Shown here: piece after piece, positions 61,257-64,000 of the stretch | Layout: every line of letters begins with the position of its first letter | Numbering within the stretch: the first letter of the stretch is position 1 | NCBI GenBank assembly: GCA_905178155.1 | Contig: CAJINV010000004.1 | Coordinates: forward strand, 10,461,655-10,525,654 | Reading direction: 5' to 3' | Source of the DNA: Amoebophrya sp. A120 | Lineage: Eukaryota; Protista; Dinoflagellata | DNA length: 64,000 bases | Notes under the pieces: model-generated | What the model saw: only the letters and a program-made list of their open reading frames with translations | Told to the model about the DNA's origin: nothing | Database searches by the model: none | Made by a program: the position numbers and the translations under genes

Positions 61257-61927
61257 CTTTGAAAGTATAGACTTGTCGTGAGCTAGAGCTAGTATTTCTA
61301 GGGAGGAAAAAGGTTAAATTTCCACGCGTTGCGAAATGTTGGAAGGCGTCCGAGTGGTAGTTCTTCGATGAGGTGGTACTGTGTCATCTGCAGAACTTCC
61401 CACCAGCTCATTCGCTCTTTCTAGCAGGGGTTTGTGGGCAATGGCTTTCGGGCTGGATTTCGTTTCGGAAGGACGTGCTTCAAGAATCTCATCCACAGAC
61501 ACGCACTACCGTAAAACGGCACTGCAGTGTGCAGTGGCGGTTCCGCATTGTGGATTCGGCTGCAGGATTGCAGGCTGATTCTGTGGCGTTGAAATGAAAA
61601 GGGCACCACAACGAGTATCTAATGGTCTGTGAGTTTGGCAGAAGATGTGAGCAACTGAGAAAGCAACCAAATGACAAAAACAGAATGACGAAAACAAACT
61701 ACTAACTTACGTACACAAAACTCGTCTGACGGTGAAACTGAATGAGAACCTTAAATTGAAAAGTTGTTTTTCAAACACATGCCGTTGACGTGAGAATGAT
61801 GTCGCGCACACAAAAATTTTTAGCAATATTTTGAAAAAATTGGCATTGCGCACTTCCCTTGCGTTACATTCCTTGCAACCGGAATATTAAACAAGCGTAG
61901 TCATCATGATACGCACCAAGAAAAAAA

Positions 61928-63634
61928 TCACAACGACCGCTGTTCCCTTTCGATGAAAGCGCGGCTCGGCTTGGTCTTGTACTTTTTCTGTCCGCGCCCG
62001 AAGTTGCACGCCGCGCCGATGGAAACCACGATGACCACGAAGATCGCGGACAGGTACTGCAAAAAGTCCTTGGCGAAGAAGGATTTCTTTTCCTTCGCAC
62101 CACTTTTATTACCCTCTTTCTTCTTGTTTCCCGTGGTCTTTTTGTTGCCCGAACCAGCAGCTCCTCCGTTCAGTGCCTCGTTCGCCTTTTCTTTTCCGAC
62201 CACCGTGGCGAGTAACTCCTGCAGCGTTTTCATCTTGTATTCGCGGACAAACGAAGTGGCCTTCTGCATGATGTGCCGGTTGTGCTGGAGTTTCTGCAGG
62301 GTCTCATCGGTTTCGAGGAGCTTGGTTTTGTGCTGGGCAAAGTCCTCCTCGGTCAGCGCCTCCTTGTTGTCCGACCGGTCCCGCAGATCGTCGCGCACAA
62401 TGCGGTCGACGACGTTCTGGGCCCGCTGGATGTCCTCGTCCACCTCGATCTGGTCCTCCTCTTCCGCCCACTGGTACAGCTGCGGGTACTCATCCACCAG
62501 GGTCTGCCCAATGTGGATATGCATTGCAAAAGTATCGTACTCGTAGTAATTGCATTCATGCATTACAAATCTCTTTCTCAAGGCAAATCAGCACTACAGA
62601 TTTAATTCGTAATGCTGGGCTAATTTGCAATGCAATTTATACTAGTACGATGCTTTTGCATTGCATAGTGGACACCCTCAAACAACCAGGCGTCCAGGAT
62701 GGTCTTCGGGTACTTGGTGGCGTTCGGGACGCGGTTTTCTGATAATGGTGTTTTGCGTTTATAGATTTGTAGCCACGCATGAAGATGAGATGAAGCCACT
62801 ACATTTGTGTGGTTGCATGGGCACGACAATGATTGAGCATGCGCATCATATATACCCGCTCCCCATTCGCCATCCCGAGCGGCGGCTTCGTCCCACGTTT
62901 CCGCGACGTAGGACTGGTATTTCTGCGGCGCGTCCCGGACCAGCACGAGGGCCTTGTCTTGCATCTTCTTCTTGAACGCCCGGATCCCCTTCTCCGCGTC
63001 GTCGCCGATCCACTTCACGTTGGTCAACTCGAACGTCTTCACCCGGCGTGCCCGGTCGTGCTCCGGCGTGTGACGCATCTTTTGTTTTATGCCCGATAAA
63101 GTAGTTTGTTCTCTGTTTCTTACATGCAAGCAACAGTGCCTTTTGATGTTTTGCGTTCATCATCTGTAGGACGACAAAATGAGGAACCAAAGAAGGTACC
63201 TGACCACCCTGCGCCCGCCCGGTGAAAGTTGTGGGCCCGGTGATGTTCACAACCCAGGTGACGGTGAGGTTGCTCATGATTGTGTCAGAAATTGTATCGG
63301 TTTTGTTCTCCGACGTTGCAGTTATGCTGCTATCTGTTTCATTTCCAGTTGTCGCTTCCGCAGCAGCGGCGGGAGTTTCTTCAGCAGTGCCCCTTGGGCT
63401 TTCGTCCTGTTTACCGATATCTGCGGCTGGAGCGGGGACGGCAGCATGATCGGAGGCTGCTGTAGTTTGCTCCTGTGCAGCCTGTTGCGCGGGCTCCTGT
63501 GCCGCTTGGTCGGGGACTGGCGTTGGTGTGGCTTCCGAAGTGGTTTCTTGGGCTGTGGGTGCGGGATCGGGAGAGCCACTTTCCGCTCGGATGGCGACAG
63601 TGGCGAGGGCAAGAAGTTTCGAACGACGTAGCAT
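61928..63634 (-). CDS. Hypothetical type I membrane-like protein (signal peptide, A/T/E-rich linker, C-terminal TM), multi-exon
   Basis: MLRRSKLLALATVAIRA N-terminus; TM segment LSAIFVVIVVSIGAA; join FEGVH|IGQTL across the introner; other junctions not fully resolved. Confidence 0.65.
62518..62667. mobile_element. Introner-like element, family B (150 bp)
   Basis: Direct repeat gtgga; TIR tatgcattgcaaaagtatcgtact / agtacgatgcttttgcattgcata. Confidence 0.92.
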
Positions 63635-64000
63635 TCTTAGGAGGTTTCTTTTTTCAGGAACGGAAAGGGTGCTGCTCTGCTCGAGGAGGCGCAGCTTGAG
63701 TGGTGTCTAGTTAGGTTGCTTCACAAATTCCAGTAATTTTTGTAGGGAAGCTCCTCAAAATTAATGGCATGCCAGTTGGATGAATTGGCTGTGAGTGAGC
63801 GTCTCTTCGCTAGTCGTAGCGCTGGAACAAGGTTCAATTTACCGCCCAGAAAGGTTTTTTTTTTGAACACACTGGAGAGAGACGGCACGCAAATTTCTGC
63901 ACCGTGGCGACGCAGCGGTCGTATGCGTATCTAGTAAAAGTGGCAACGCGGACGCAGGCCTCCAAACCAAACTGGCCGGCCGCTCCAATCCAGCAAAAAC

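Overview
Eukaryotic, gene-dense window. Its architecture suggests an Amoebophrya-like parasitic dinoflagellate (inference). All ~12 recognisable protein genes are on the minus strand. They include a SAM-dependent methyltransferase, the splicing factor SLU7, an enlarged nucleotide-sugar transporter, a probable NAA25/MDM20 and CFAP57/WDR65. The dominant feature is 18 non-canonical introner-like elements from several sequence families. Every one starts TAT, ends ATA, carries terminal inverted repeats and a 5-bp direct repeat, and sits inside a coding exon. At 16 of 18 junctions I translated across the join, and deleting the element plus one repeat restores the frame; the two at 56159 and 56363 were not fully checked. 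Copies occur in both orientations and lack fixed GT-AG ends. One element hosts a near-intact 7.4-kb Ty1/copia retrotransposon. Its gag and pol are separated by a single in-frame TGA, and its non-tRNA PBS is complementary to its own LTR (possible self-priming). The SLU7 intron holds two copies of a double-guide C/D snoRNA (U35/snR73-like and U29/snR71-like guides), plus two insertions each flanked by duplicated snoRNA 3' ends. Other features are a triple 37-47-bp motif bracketing GC-rich inserts, a MITE with telomere-like repeats and a 61-bp hairpin satellite. All coordinates were read by hand and may be off by a few bases.
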